Shown: positions 26,755 through 37,945, numbered from the stretch's first letter. The stretch: 64,000 nucleotides of DNA from Chlamydiales bacterium (GCA_965206695.1 CBDBKM010000005.1:73244-137243); one strand, 5' to 3'. Numbers and translations: made by a program. Notes: generated by a model from the sequence alone, not told the origin.

Positions 26755-29256
26755 CTAAAACCCTAAAGCATCTAAAACATCTTTCTCAACATATCGTTTT
26801 TCTCCTTTATTAGGATAACGATGCAAGAACAGGGCCGGATTAAAATTTAATTCGATAATGGAGTGATTTTTTGAGGTTTTCTTACTTGTAGGGTTTTTGA
26901 TGATGATATCAACACCACAAAAAGTGGCACGGACAATACGGGTAGCTTCAATCGCTAATTGACAATAGTCGTCATGAAGAAGATCAGTCATATCAACAGG
27001 ATCGCCTCCGGTAGAAACATTACTGTTTTTCCTTAAAAGAGCCTTTTCATTTTTTTTAGGGATGCTTTTAAAAGTAAAACCCTGTTCTTTTAATATAGAA
27101 CTCTCTTCATCTCCCATTTGAATCCGATACTTTGGAATTTTGAATTCATTGGGATCGAAATTTTTCTTATGAATTAATTGTCCTATAGTATGAATACCAT
27201 CCCCAACCACATGAGGAGGCTCTCTAAGGCAAACCGCTACGACTTTATAGTCGATTACCAAAACACGATATTCCTTTCCAATGCAAAAGTTCTCTACCAA
27301 AACATCGTCTGATAATTTAAATGCTTTCTCTAAAGCTAGAGTGTATTCTTTTTCAGAATTAGGATTTACAAAAGAAATGCCTAATCCATAATTCGTAGAG
27401 TTTGGTTTGACGACAATTTTTTTCTTAGAAAAGTATGAATAATCTTCAAAAGCCTTCTTTTGATCATAATAAATCCTTCCACATGGTACTTGCAGTCCTT
27501 TTTCTCTTAGAAGTTGTTTAGTCACTGATTTATTTTCCATTATCAGATAACTTATCAGGCTATCTTTTGATGTTTTAGTCCCTTGCTTGATTAGCTCCGT
27601 TTTAGATCCTCTTTTCAAACGGATAAAATTATCACCTCTATCTAAAACGGTAACATCTATGCCTCTATTTTGAACTTCGCGAATAATCATTTGAGTGGAA
27701 ATTTCCATATCTTCAAAACCCGATAAAAACATGTCATCATGATACTCCAGCTCTTGTTGTTTTCTATTGGAGTCTACCGCCCATTTTTCCATCTCCTTTT
27801 CAAAACTTGGTGGTATCGAATACTGTTTACTTGCTCTTTTGTGCTTTTTGGCTAACTTTAAACCGAATTCTTTAAAGCTAATTTTCTCCTTTTGAAGTTG
27901 TTGCATGATGCGATAAGACGGTGTTAGGCTAACATCATTAAGCTTCTCTTTTTGCTTTTTTAAAACACTTATGTACCTGTTATCAGTATGATTAAGGTCT
28001 AGAAGTTTAGCTGTTTTTTCAATTCTATTCATAATCTCCATAGCCCAAGTTCTGAAATTTATTGATTTACCATTTTTCTTTAATTTCAGTTTTGGATTTC
28101 TCCCTTCTAAAGTCACACGATTTTGATTGTAGCAGATTTCTTTTCGCTCAGTTTCTGTTATTGGAGAGCTTGTTTGAAAAAGACAGTCAATGATAAGTAC
28201 ATGTAAAAAATGTAACTGTTCTTCTGTTACCCCTACAGAATCAAACGGATCAAGATCAACAGCTCTGATTTCAATAAAACTAACCCCTTCATTTTTTAAA
28301 GCCTCAACCGAGCTAAGTTTAGAACCATAAGGTGCTTTCGGTCGAATACGTGAATAATGCTCCGCCTCAATTTGTAAAACGTTATGATTTAACTGCAGAT
28401 GTTTATTTTTTTTAAATAATCCAATCGTTTTAAAAGTAGAAGAAGAAGTAGATAGTGCCTTTTTCATATCCTGCAAATAAAAAGATAAGTCATTGAAGGA
28501 GATAGCATATTGGGCTTGAACACGACTATAATACCCTAATGCGCTCATTCTAATTGAAGTGGTATATTCTCCATAAAGTGTTCGATGCCGCATCAATGAA
28601 AGCTGTTTACAAGGTTTATCAAAATAAGAACGGTCAACAGCAGGAGAGGCGCCAAAAAAGTAGGCGTTGATCCATCCCCATCTTAAAAAATTACGCATTA
28701 TTTTGAAGTAACATTTATTAATAAACTCCTGCAAGGAAGTATCAGGATCAAAATTGTTATGAAGGAGCCGGAAAAAATCTTCAGAAAATGAAAAATTATA
28801 ATGAATTCCGGACATCGTCTGCATCTTTCTTCCATATCGAAAGCCGAGACCTCGACGATATATTTTTTTCTCTTCTCCTAACTTAGATGACCCATAGTCA
28901 GCTAAAGGGATGTCTTTTGCTTTAGGTAGTAAGCAAGGCGAACTAAAAGGCCACATCCATTCCTTTTTCATATGATCGAAGGTATACTTTTGAAGATTTT
29001 TAAGATGCTGAATGGCCTTCTTTTCATTATTGAAAGTAGAGGTGATAAATTCTAATTGAGCCTCTGAAAAATCTGTACTGATATAAGGGTGAGTTAGTGA
29101 AGAACCCATGAAGTTAGGGTGAGGTTGCTGAGATAACTCAGCTATATTATTTACCCTTAAACACTCTTTCTCTAATCCGTGTTTCGAATGAAGAAATAGT
29201 TCATGTTGCCTATTTTCTTCAAACAGCTTGAAGATTTGGGGATAATTCCAGCTCAT
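26755..29256 (-). CDS. gshF: bifunctional glutamate-cysteine ligase / glutathione synthetase
   Basis: 833 aa. The N-terminal ~480 aa are a GshA-type gamma-glutamylcysteine ligase. The C-terminal part is an ATP-grasp domain (KKIVVKPNSTNYGLGISFV, EYRVLVIDYKVVAV, IIELNFNPAL). Confidence 0.85.
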   Translation of the reverse strand: MSWNYPQIFKLFEENRQHELFLHSKHGLEKECLRVNNIAELSQQPHPNFMGSSLTHPYISTDFSEAQLEFITSTFNNEKKAIQHLKNLQKYTFDHMKKEWMWPFSSPCLLPKAKDIPLADYGSSKLGEEKKIYRRGLGFRYGRKMQTMSGIHYNFSFSEDFFRLLHNNFDPDTSLQEFINKCYFKIMRNFLRWGWINAYFFGASPAVDRSYFDKPCKQLSLMRHRTLYGEYTTSIRMSALGYYSRVQAQYAISFNDLSFYLQDMKKALSTSSSTFKTIGLFKKNKHLQLNHNVLQIEAEHYSRIRPKAPYGSKLSSVEALKNEGVSFIEIRAVDLDPFDSVGVTEEQLHFLHVLIIDCLFQTSSPITETERKEICYNQNRVTLEGRNPKLKLKKNGKSINFRTWAMEIMNRIEKTAKLLDLNHTDNRYISVLKKQKEKLNDVSLTPSYRIMQQLQKEKISFKEFGLKLAKKHKRASKQYSIPPSFEKEMEKWAVDSNRKQQELEYHDDMFLSGFEDMEISTQMIIREVQNRGIDVTVLDRGDNFIRLKRGSKTELIKQGTKTSKDSLISYLIMENKSVTKQLLREKGLQVPCGRIYYDQKKAFEDYSYFSKKKIVVKPNSTNYGLGISFVNPNSEKEYTLALEKAFKLSDDVLVENFCIGKEYRVLVIDYKVVAVCLREPPHVVGDGIHTIGQLIHKKNFDPNEFKIPKYRIQMGDEESSILKEQGFTFKSIPKKNEKALLRKNSNVSTGGDPVDMTDLLHDDYCQLAIEATRIVRATFCGVDIIIKNPTSKKTSKNHSIIELNFNPALFLHRYPNKGEKRYVEKDVLDALGF

Positions 29257-29455
29257 TTTAATACATTTAAATCTATAGAGTATATCATCTTGAGGTCACA
29301 GATCAGATCAGTAAAAAAGACCTTATTTATTCCTTATTCTTCTCATTTTTGATATAAGACCTAACATATTAAAAAGAAATGCCCTTTGTTAACAAGACTC
29401 TTGATTAGGAATAGAAAAAAAGATAAGGTGCAAATTTTGAAATAGCTTAAAAAAT

Positions 29456-30733
29456 ATGGACCGTGAACAAAACTTTATGAAGTGGTTGATTTGGTCATTA
29501 GCCGCTTTTTTCTATTTGTATGAATACTTTTTAAGAGTTTCACCTAGCGTTATGATCTCAGAGCTTATGGGAACATTTCATGTCAACGCGACTATTATCG
29601 GAACCATGTCAGCTTTTTATCTATATTCATACGCTTCGATGCAACTACCCGTCGGTCTTTTAATGGACCGCTTTGGTTCACGTAAGTTGTTAACCTTAGC
29701 CGCTTTTGTCTGTGGTCTTGGGGGTTTGTTTTTTGGCTTTTCTCAAGAAATTTGGACAGCTGGCTTGGGTCGGTTATTTATGGGTTTTGGCTCTGCCTTT
29801 GCCTTTGTTGCCATGATTTATGTCTGCTCACACTGGTTTCCTACTAAAAGACTTGCTCTTTTAGTAGGGTTAGCCAATTCACTCGGTATGCTGGGTGCCG
29901 TTGCAGGTCAAGGCCCTTTAAGTCTTATGGTAAGAATCTTCGGTTGGCGAGATACTTCTATTTATGGATTTGGAATTATTGGAATTCTTTTAGCGATAAT
30001 CATCTTTGTATTTGTTAGAAATGATCCTCCCAATATTCAAGAACATCAAAAAAGAACAGAGTCGGTTAAAGAATTACTAAGAGGCTTCAAAGACGTTTTT
30101 TTAAATTTCTTTACTTGGGTGAATGCTTTAGGAGCTTTACTTTTTTATCTAACGACTAGTGTTTTTGCCGGCCTTTGGGGTATCCCATTTCTCCATGTCG
30201 CTCACAAAATGGATATTAATACCGCTAGCTTCGCTACTTCCATGATCTTCGTTGGCTGGTTAGTTGGGGGTCCTCTTGTTGGCATTATCTCCGATAAGTT
30301 AAGATCAAGAAAATTAGTTATTTTGGTGTCTATCGTTTTCACGTTTATCCTTCTTTGCCCGGTTATTTATACGCAAGGAATGCATCCCTACCCGATTTTT
30401 ATCCTGCTATTTTTAGTCGGCTTATTCTCTTCTGCTGAACTGTTAAGTTTTAGCCTGGCTATTGAACTTAACCCACGGCTTGCTAAAGCCTCTTCCGTAG
30501 CCCTTACTAATTGCTTGATTGCATTCGCAGGATCGGGTCTTCAACCTCTGGTAGGGTATTTATTGGATACCGTTTGGGATGGTCATAGAATAAAAGGCAT
30601 CGCTATCTATACTGTAGATAATTACCTATACGCGATGAGTGTTTTCCCTATTACTTTGATACTGGCGTTTTTTGTCTATCTGTTCGTGAAAGAAAAAAAA
30701 CATCAATCGCATATTCACATCACGAACAACTAA
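29456..30733 (+). CDS. MFS transporter
   Basis: 425 aa with 12 predicted TM segments. MFS loop motif GLLMDRFGSRKLL. Confidence 0.85.
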   Translation: MDREQNFMKWLIWSLAAFFYLYEYFLRVSPSVMISELMGTFHVNATIIGTMSAFYLYSYASMQLPVGLLMDRFGSRKLLTLAAFVCGLGGLFFGFSQEIWTAGLGRLFMGFGSAFAFVAMIYVCSHWFPTKRLALLVGLANSLGMLGAVAGQGPLSLMVRIFGWRDTSIYGFGIIGILLAIIIFVFVRNDPPNIQEHQKRTESVKELLRGFKDVFLNFFTWVNALGALLFYLTTSVFAGLWGIPFLHVAHKMDINTASFATSMIFVGWLVGGPLVGIISDKLRSRKLVILVSIVFTFILLCPVIYTQGMHPYPIFILLFLVGLFSSAELLSFSLAIELNPRLAKASSVALTNCLIAFAGSGLQPLVGYLLDTVWDGHRIKGIAIYTVDNYLYAMSVFPITLILAFFVYLFVKEKKHQSHIHITNN

Positions 30734-30873
30734 TTTAATACAACTCATTTCTTCTTTTTACCTGCTTTTTTTGCTAACTATCTTTAGTTGATGATTAATG
30801 TTCTTTTATCATATAAATATTGTTATCATTTTTATATTTGATTTATAAAACTACAATATATGGGGTATACAAA

Positions 30874-31467
30874 ATGACTTTTAAACAGCCTGAACTTCCT
30901 TATTCACTAAATGCTTTGCAACCCTTTGTCTCCGAAGAGCAGATGCATTATCACTATAATAAGCATCATGCAGCTTATTTTAACAAGCTCAATGGGCTTG
31001 TCGACGGGAAACCTGTAAGTGACCTACCTATTAGAGATCTAGTCGTTCAATCATCGGGTGGTATTTTTAATAATGCTGCCCAAGCATGGAATCATACTTT
31101 TTTCTGGAATTGTATGTCTGCTTCCGGTGGAAGAATGCCTAAAGGCGACCTGAAAGCTGCAATCGAAAGAGATTTTGAAAGCATGGATAACTTTAAAAAG
31201 CAACTCTCGGACGCAGCTGCTGCTCTCTTCGGTTCAGGATGGGCATGGCTGGCTTGCGACAAGCAAGGTAAATTAGAGATTTTACCGTTAAGTAATGCCG
31301 ATACTCCTCTAAAACATGATAAAGAACCTATTCTTACATTAGATGTTTGGGAACATGCTTATTATATCGATTATCGAAATGAGCGCCCTCGTTTTATTGA
31401 AGGTTTTTGGGATGTTATCAATTGGGATTTTGCAGCTGAATGCTTTGCCGGTTCGCAGAAAAGCTAA
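30874..31467 (+). CDS. sodB: iron-type superoxide dismutase
   Basis: Motifs LPYSLNALQPF, HYNKHHAAYFNKLN, AAQAWNHTFFW and DVWEHAYYIDYRNERP. The internal ATG at 30874 fits the family N-terminus. Confidence 0.92.
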   Translation: MTFKQPELPYSLNALQPFVSEEQMHYHYNKHHAAYFNKLNGLVDGKPVSDLPIRDLVVQSSGGIFNNAAQAWNHTFFWNCMSASGGRMPKGDLKAAIERDFESMDNFKKQLSDAAAALFGSGWAWLACDKQGKLEILPLSNADTPLKHDKEPILTLDVWEHAYYIDYRNERPRFIEGFWDVINWDFAAECFAGSQKS

Positions 31468-31485
31468 TTTCCTTCATTACCTTTT

Positions 31486-31520
31486 CGAGATAAGAATATA
31501 TAGATTCTTATCTCGCCTTC
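31486..31520 (+). terminator. candidate intrinsic terminator after sodB
   Basis: Perfect 12-bp stem CGAGATAAGAAT / ATTCTTATCTCG with loop ATATAG, followed by a weak T-rich tail CCTTCTT. Confidence 0.5.
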
Positions 31521-31805
31521 TTAACGCGTCTAACTCACCCTAAATGGCCATGGAAAAGTCGCTTATTTTTCAGCAGCTTCTGCAGCTGTTGTCATCTTGT
31601 TTATCGATTATGGCTCGAAATCTATTTGACATTTAAAGAAGATCTAACCATAAAAAGCATACATGAAAATACATGTCAATTCGAGATGACACCGGCAAAA
31701 GACTTTCCAAAAGGTAAGATTTATATCACAGCGCATCAAAAGCCGGAAAAGCATACCGAAGCCTATCCGTTAGGACACCCTGAATTAATTAATATATCTT
31801 AGTAT

Positions 31806-33883
31806 ATGAAAGTCGTTTTAGCCGAAAAACCCAGCGTCGCAAGAGATATCGCATCCTTTTTAAAAGCTAATACTAAAGGCAATGGCTATTTTGAAGGTAA
31901 TGGTTATCAGGTTACATGGGCATTCGGACATTTAGTCACCTTAAAAGACCCGAATGAGTACGATCCCGGTTTAAAAAAATGGACCTTATCTACTCTCCCC
32001 TTTATTCCTAAAGATTTTGAATTGAAACTCGTCAATAATCAAGGGGTAAAAACCCGGTTTCAAGTAATTAAAAAGCTGTTTAAGGCAAGCGGATGAAATC
32101 ATCTGCGCTACAGATGCCGGAAGAGAGGGAGAGCTTATCTTTCGCTATATTCTGAAGATGAGTAATTGTGAAAAAAAGCCCTTTTGCCGTCTTTGGTTAA
32201 CTTCTTTAACCAATGAGGCAATTAAGTCGGGTTTTAAACAATTACAACCCGGAGAGGTCTATAACAACCTATATATGGCTGCTAAATGCAGAAGTGAATC
32301 TGATTGGGTAGTGGGAATAAATGGCACGCGAAATTTTACTGTGCGATATGGAAAAGGAACTCTTTGGAGCATCGGAAGGGTACAAACACCTGTTTTAGCT
32401 ATGATCGTTGCAAGAGATGATGAAATTCGAAACTTTGTCCTTCAAAATTTTTGGGAGCTTTTTTCCACTTTTAAAAACGTAGCTTTTAAATATACCGGTA
32501 AACGTTTTGATAAAAAAGAAAAAGCAGAAGTTGCAAAAGCCAAAGTTGCATCTCATCCTTTCAGCATAACAAAAATTCAAAGCAAACAGGAAAAGCAACA
32601 ACCCTCCTTCTTTTATATGACCTAACCGATTTACAGCGAGACATGAACCGTCGATATGCTATGAGTGCATCGGATACGTTAAAAATTGCTCAAACCCTAT
32701 ATGAAAGTAAAATTCTGACTTATCCCAGAACCGATTCACGTTTTTTAAGCAATGATATGAAAAAGGACATTATTCATACACTTCATAAATTAAAAGCCAT
32801 AAAATCAAATGAAATCGACGTGCTAAATTTGAATGCACTTCCTTTTACATCTCGCATTATCAATGATAAAAAAGTATCCGATCACCCATGCTATTATCCC
32901 TACCGGCAAAATCCCTTCAGGCCTTCCACTATCTCATCAACAGGTTTTTGATGCCGTTGTGTTACGCCTTATCTCCGGTTTTTATCCTAATTGCACTAAG
33001 CAGGTTAAAACAGTTGAGGGAGAGAGTAATGAATTAAAATTTCAAGCTAAAGGCATTCAAGTCATAGAGCCCGGTTGGACACGATTATATCCTAAAACTA
33101 AAAAAGATGATGAACAAGAATTGCCTGAATTTAAAGAAGGTGAAACGGGTCCTCATAATCCATATATCAAAGAAGGTAAAACCAAGCCCCCCTAAATATT
33201 ATTCTGAAAATTCACTACTTGGCTCCATGGAAACCGCAGGAAAGATGGTGGAAGATGAGACGTTAAGAGAAGCATTAAAACAAAGAGGCCTTGGAACACC
33301 GTCAACTAGAGCTGCTATTATTGAGACTTTACTCAAAAGAGGATACATCGAAAGAAAGAAAAAAACTCTTGTAGCTACTGCTAATGGTCGATATTTAATT
33401 ACGTTAGTACAAAACCCCAATTTAAAATCTCCGGAGCTTACCGGTATTTGGGAGTCCAAATTAAAAGAAATCGAACATGGTGGTTTAGATTCTAACCAAT
33501 TTATGAATGAAATTTACGGTTATACCAAGGAACTTATTGAAACGAGTAATCTAACTGAGATTGACCCAAATCAACTGGGTCCTTGCCCTCTTTGTAATAG
33601 CTCCGTTATTCAAGGAAAGAAGGGCTTCGGATGTTCTCAATGGAAAAAAGGCTGCACATTCGTTTTATGGAGAGAATACAAGGGAGTCACTCTTTCTACG
33701 AATCATATCCAAAAGCTATTGCAAAAAAGGGTCATTTTATCGCCCGTCAACGTACCTGAATTAGGAAATGTCATCTTAACACTTTCCGATTCAGGTATCG
33801 TTAAAGAACAACCCGTTCCAAATGAAGCGCCTGCCTTTAAGAAGCGGTATCCGAAAAAGGCCTATTCTAAGCGGCGACAATAA
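31806..33883 (+). pseudogene. topB: DNA topoisomerase III, four frameshifts
   Basis: Recognisable parts: Toprim MKVVLAEKPSVARDIA, ICATDAGREGELIFRYI, TYPRTDSRFLS, SDH-HAIIPTGK and the Zn ribbon CPLCNS...GCSQWKKGC. Frame changes lie at 32084-85 (GG), 32602-04 (CCC), 32885-87 (CCC) and 33187-92 (C6). Confidence 0.85.
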
Positions 33884-34688
33884 TCGTTGACGTATTCACA
33901 GGTAAAAAAATTTTATTGCCGGGGTTTTCCGAAATTTTTTCCATGCTCCGGCGAGATTTCTCAGCTTTTAAGATCTCTGTTGCATTTTCTATTCCTACTT
34001 GTAAAGCTAATGTTTGCAAGTATAGACTCTCTGATTCAGCTACCATTTTTAGTGCTCTAGTATTTGCTTCAGTTTCTATTATTAATGCTGTTGCTTTAGA
34101 CTCTGCTCTCATCACTTCCGCTAATGCAGATCCTTCAGCTTCTGTAATAACGGCTCGCTTTTCTCTTTCTGCAATCATTTCTTTCATCATAGCTTTTGCT
34201 GTTACATCTGAATAGGTCAATTCCTGTAATTCAACTCTAATCAATTTAACACCCCATTTATCTACAGTTGATGATAACTCATTTAAAATATTTTCATTGA
34301 GAAGAACACGTGATGATAATATTTCATCGAATTGCATAGTCCCTATGTTCGAGCGAAGAGCATTTAAAGCAATATCAGCAATAGTAGAGGGTAAGATATC
34401 AACTTCATAAGCTGCTTTGACCGGATCAATAATTCTCCATGATATGGATGTGTTAGCTTTAATCGTTACATTATCTTTGGTCTGACAGTGTCTAACAGAT
34501 GTATTCGTTTGTTGTTCTGTTAACTCGATATAACAACCTTCTTTATTAGCTACTCTCCCCCATGTATCAAGCTTTTTAACAGATTCGGTAAAAGGGTTGA
34601 GAACATTTAGCCCGGCAGTTAGGGTACGATCGAATTTGCCCCATCTCTCTACCAGAGCAACATGGCCTTGTGGCACAGTATAAAACAT
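33867..34688 (-). CDS. SPFH/band-7 (stomatin/HflC-like) protein
   Basis: 273 aa. VPQGHVALVERWGKF...WGVKLIRVELQEL followed by an Ala/Glu-rich coiled coil. The 3' end overlaps the topB 3' end by 17 nt. Confidence 0.8.
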   Translation of the reverse strand: MFYTVPQGHVALVERWGKFDRTLTAGLNVLNPFTESVKKLDTWGRVANKEGCYIELTEQQTNTSVRHCQTKDNVTIKANTSISWRIIDPVKAAYEVDILPSTIADIALNALRSNIGTMQFDEILSSRVLLNENILNELSSTVDKWGVKLIRVELQELTYSDVTAKAMMKEMIAEREKRAVITEAEGSALAEVMRAESKATALIIETEANTRALKMVAESESLYLQTLALQVGIENATEILKAEKSRRSMEKISENPGNKIFLPVNTSTIIVAA

Positions 34689-34835
34689 AGATAACCTACT
34701 GATTATAATTAAAGATTACATAAATATTATATTAAAATTATAAAAAAATCAAGATTGGAAATATTGTCTTATAAAAGAAATCGTTTATCCGGCAAGCTGG
34801 CAAATTATGAACTTTACTCGGGAAAAGACGCTGAA

Positions 34836-35462
34836 ATGGAAGAACTCGAATTCTATTTTAAAGGTATTTTAATCGGTTTTATTATAGCAGCTCCGATTGG
34901 TGCTATAGGAGCCCTTTGCGTTAGAAGAACTATTACGGAAGGTAGACGGGCAGGCCTTTTAACAGGTTTAGGAGCCGCTATGGCAGATGGTGTATATGGA
35001 GCTATCGCCGGTTTTGGTTTAACCTATATCTCTCATCTAATTTTACAATCTGAAGATTGGTTACGCCCAATAGCAGGAGTATTTCTGCTTGCTATAGGCA
35101 TTAAAATCTTTATCTCAAAGCCTGCAATTGATACACAACCGGTAAAAATCAGGCATTCGCTAGGTGATTTTTCTTCCGCTTTTTTTTTAGGATTGACCAA
35201 TCCATTAACCATTTTGGCATTCCTTGCCTTATTTTCAGCCCTTGGTCTTGATAAAGCGACACATACCTATCTTACAGCAACAGCTCTTGTAATAGGTGTT
35301 ATTTGTGGTTCTATTCTTTGCTGGTTACTTTTAATAGAAGCCGTTTCGTTTTTCCGAGAAAAGATCAACCATAACAGTATGACTTGGGTGAACAAAATTA
35401 CCGGGATGTTTCTCCTGGGATGCGGCGTCATAGCTATTATCAGCACATTTATTAAAGCTTAA
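34836..35462 (+). CDS. LysE/RhtB-family amino-acid exporter
   Basis: About 208 aa from the internal ATG. GILIGFIIAAPIGAIGALCV, LGLTNPLTILAF and 5-6 TM segments. Confidence 0.75.
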   Translation: MEELEFYFKGILIGFIIAAPIGAIGALCVRRTITEGRRAGLLTGLGAAMADGVYGAIAGFGLTYISHLILQSEDWLRPIAGVFLLAIGIKIFISKPAIDTQPVKIRHSLGDFSSAFFLGLTNPLTILAFLALFSALGLDKATHTYLTATALVIGVICGSILCWLLLIEAVSFFREKINHNSMTWVNKITGMFLLGCGVIAIISTFIKA

Positions 35463-36712
35463 AGGGGGCGAATTTGACCCTGTCCCCTTACAATCCATTT
35501 ATAACTCGTTAATTCAGGTAAAGACATAGGACCTCTAGCATGTAATTTTTGAGTGCTAATTCCTATTTCAGCTCCCATTTCAAATTGCGCTCCATCTGTA
35601 AACCCTGTTGAAGCATTCGCATAAACTACCGCAGCATCTACTTCTTTTAAAAATTGTTCGATATGATCACTATTATTCGACACAATCGCTTCACTATGCT
35701 TCGAACTAAAAAGAGAAATATGAACGATGGCCTCATTGATATTATTAACACTCTTGATTGCCATCTTATAAGATAAAAACTCATGACCGAATGAGTCAGA
35801 GGATGCCTTTTTTAAAAGTGATGAAGGATAATGACCATCTAGTGCAGCAAAAGCATCCGGATCGGCAAACAACTCAACATCCCGGTCTTTTAGATCTAGA
35901 ACCAATTCCTTTAAATGAGAGAGTATCTTTTTATTTACAATCAAAGTATCCAAAGCATTACAAACACTCACTCTTCCGGTTTTAGCATTCAGAATAATTT
36001 TTTTTGCCATATTGACATCAACCTCTTCATCAATATAAGTATGTACAATGCCGGCTCCCGTCTCTATTACAGGAATTTTAGAATGCTCTTTTACATAATC
36101 GATTAGAGCCTTACTCCCTCGTGGAATAATAACATCAATAAGCCCTGATGAGGTTAATAGTACATGGGTTGCTTTTCTATCCGGTGGTATAAGGGCTACT
36201 ATATTGGGATTGACTTTCTCTTCTTCTAAAATTTTATATATAAGATCGACAATAGCTCGGTTGGAGTGATGGGCATCACTACCCCCTTTTAGGACAAGAG
36301 CATTTCCCGATTTAAAGCATAAAGAAAAAACATCAAATGTCACATTCGGTCTTGCTTCATAAACAACGCCGACAACCCCTAAAGGAACGACTATTTTAGA
36401 AATTTGCAAGCCGTTATCTAATGTCCTACCTTCCAAAACATCCCCTAATGGATTTTTTAACAAAATAATATTACGAATATCCTGAGCAATAGCAAGAAGC
36501 CTCTCTTCATCAAGCAACAATCTATCATACTTTGGAGAGCTTCTCTCCATTTTACTTAAATCTTTTTGATTAGCCTCTAAAATAGTTTCGATGTTTTTTT
36601 CGATTGCATTGGCCAAATAAGTGAGAACTTGATTAATTTTTTCCTCATTGAGACTAATCAAAGAAGAGCTTGCCTCTTTAACCTTTTGTAGTGTTTTTGT
36701 AACTATTTCCAT
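35459..36712 (-). CDS. proA: gamma-glutamyl phosphate reductase
   Basis: 417 aa. Aldehyde-dehydrogenase fold with VPLGVVGVVYEARPNVT, the catalytic CNALDTLIV, and STQKLHARGPM. Confidence 0.93.
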   Translation of the reverse strand: MEIVTKTLQKVKEASSSLISLNEEKINQVLTYLANAIEKNIETILEANQKDLSKMERSSPKYDRLLLDEERLLAIAQDIRNIILLKNPLGDVLEGRTLDNGLQISKIVVPLGVVGVVYEARPNVTFDVFSLCFKSGNALVLKGGSDAHHSNRAIVDLIYKILEEEKVNPNIVALIPPDRKATHVLLTSSGLIDVIIPRGSKALIDYVKEHSKIPVIETGAGIVHTYIDEEVDVNMAKKIILNAKTGRVSVCNALDTLIVNKKILSHLKELVLDLKDRDVELFADPDAFAALDGHYPSSLLKKASSDSFGHEFLSYKMAIKSVNNINEAIVHISLFSSKHSEAIVSNNSDHIEQFLKEVDAAVVYANASTGFTDGAQFEMGAEIGISTQKLHARGPMSLPELTSYKWIVRGQGQIRPL

Positions 36713-36714
36713 AA

Positions 36715-37794
36715 TTAAATATTGCCTATAAAAAGGTAATCGTAGTGGATTAAAGCCCGTCCACCTTTTTTCCCTGCTAATTTTTTTGCTTCTTCTGAAG
36801 AATATTTTGCTATTCCAAGGCCTAAATTTTTACCTTTTTCATTGTTGATAATAATGATATCTCCCTTTAAAAAAGAACCTGAAACTTTTGTAATACCAAT
36901 CGGCAAAAGACTCCTTATTTCTGTTTTTGAAGTCAGTTGTTTTTCCAAACAGCGATTGATATAGATTTCTCCTTTTTCTCCCCCTTTTGCATGAGCTATC
37001 CATTTTTTTACATTGGATGCTTTTCTTTTTTCAATGAATCGCGTGCCCGCGACTTCCCCATTCAAAGCATTGATTATCACATCATCTTTTTTACCGTTCA
37101 AAATATAGACGGCGATCCCAAGACCCGCTAATCTAGCTGCAACGCGACATTTAGTGTGCATACCTCCTCTTCCAAATTCAGATTTCCGGGGTGAAATAAA
37201 ATGTTCGAATGATTCTTTAGATGGGTCTAACTCTGTAATCAGTTCAACATCTTGCTCATCAGGAGATCCCGTTAATAGGCCTTGAACGTTTGTTAGAATC
37301 ATTAACGCATCTGCATTCATCATTGCCGCAATGAGTCCTGCCAACTCATCATTATCAGTAAACATCAATTCATCTACAGACACAACATCATTCTCATTTA
37401 CAACCGGTATAACCTTTGACTTCCATAATGCGTTAAAACAATTTTTAATATTTAAGTAATGATGCCGATCTCTAAAATCTTCTTTTGTAGCTAACACTTG
37501 AGCGCAATGGACTCCTGCTCCGGTAAATAAGCGAGAATACGTCCCTATCAATTTAATTTGACCTAATGCAGCAAGAGTTTGACGCTCTTCAATGACATCA
37601 ACGCTCTTGCTAAGCTTCGTTATCCCTTTTCCGGCTGTTAAAGCACCGGAACTGACCAAAATCACTTCAATTGATTGCCTAAGCATGTGAACAATCTGGT
37701 CAACTATTTTAGCTAACCTTCTCCTGTCTAAGAGACCATTTGGTTTGGTAACTAAATTACTTCCGACTTTAACAATAATTTTTTTATACTGCAT
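36715..37794 (-). CDS. proB: glutamate 5-kinase with a PUA domain
   Basis: Motifs KIIVKVGSNLVT and FTDNDELAGLIA, with a C-terminal PUA (LLPIGITKVSGSFLKGDII). It lies directly upstream of proA. The start is chosen at MQYKK. Confidence 0.92.
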   Translation of the reverse strand: MQYKKIIVKVGSNLVTKPNGLLDRRRLAKIVDQIVHMLRQSIEVILVSSGALTAGKGITKLSKSVDVIEERQTLAALGQIKLIGTYSRLFTGAGVHCAQVLATKEDFRDRHHYLNIKNCFNALWKSKVIPVVNENDVVSVDELMFTDNDELAGLIAAMMNADALMILTNVQGLLTGSPDEQDVELITELDPSKESFEHFISPRKSEFGRGGMHTKCRVAARLAGLGIAVYILNGKKDDVIINALNGEVAGTRFIEKRKASNVKKWIAHAKGGEKGEIYINRCLEKQLTSKTEIRSLLPIGITKVSGSFLKGDIIIINNEKGKNLGLGIAKYSSEEAKKLAGKKGGRALIHYDYLFIGNI

Positions 37795-37945
37795 AAATTC
37801 GTATCGTCTTTTAATGCCTCTTGAGATTATCATATCTTCGATCTTTTTATTCTTTAATAAGCTTCATGAATACTTATATCAATATTATAATATTTACTGA
37901 AATATTACTTTGAAATAAAGAGAAAACCGGATAAGAAAAACACTT

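Noticed and set aside
33199-37131. Antisense or alternative ORFs 33199..33459, 33561..33764, 33916..34215, 35758..35985, 35915..36106 and 36937..37131
   Set aside because: All lie inside topB, SPFH, proA or proB coding sequence on the wrong strand or frame. None shows a motif.
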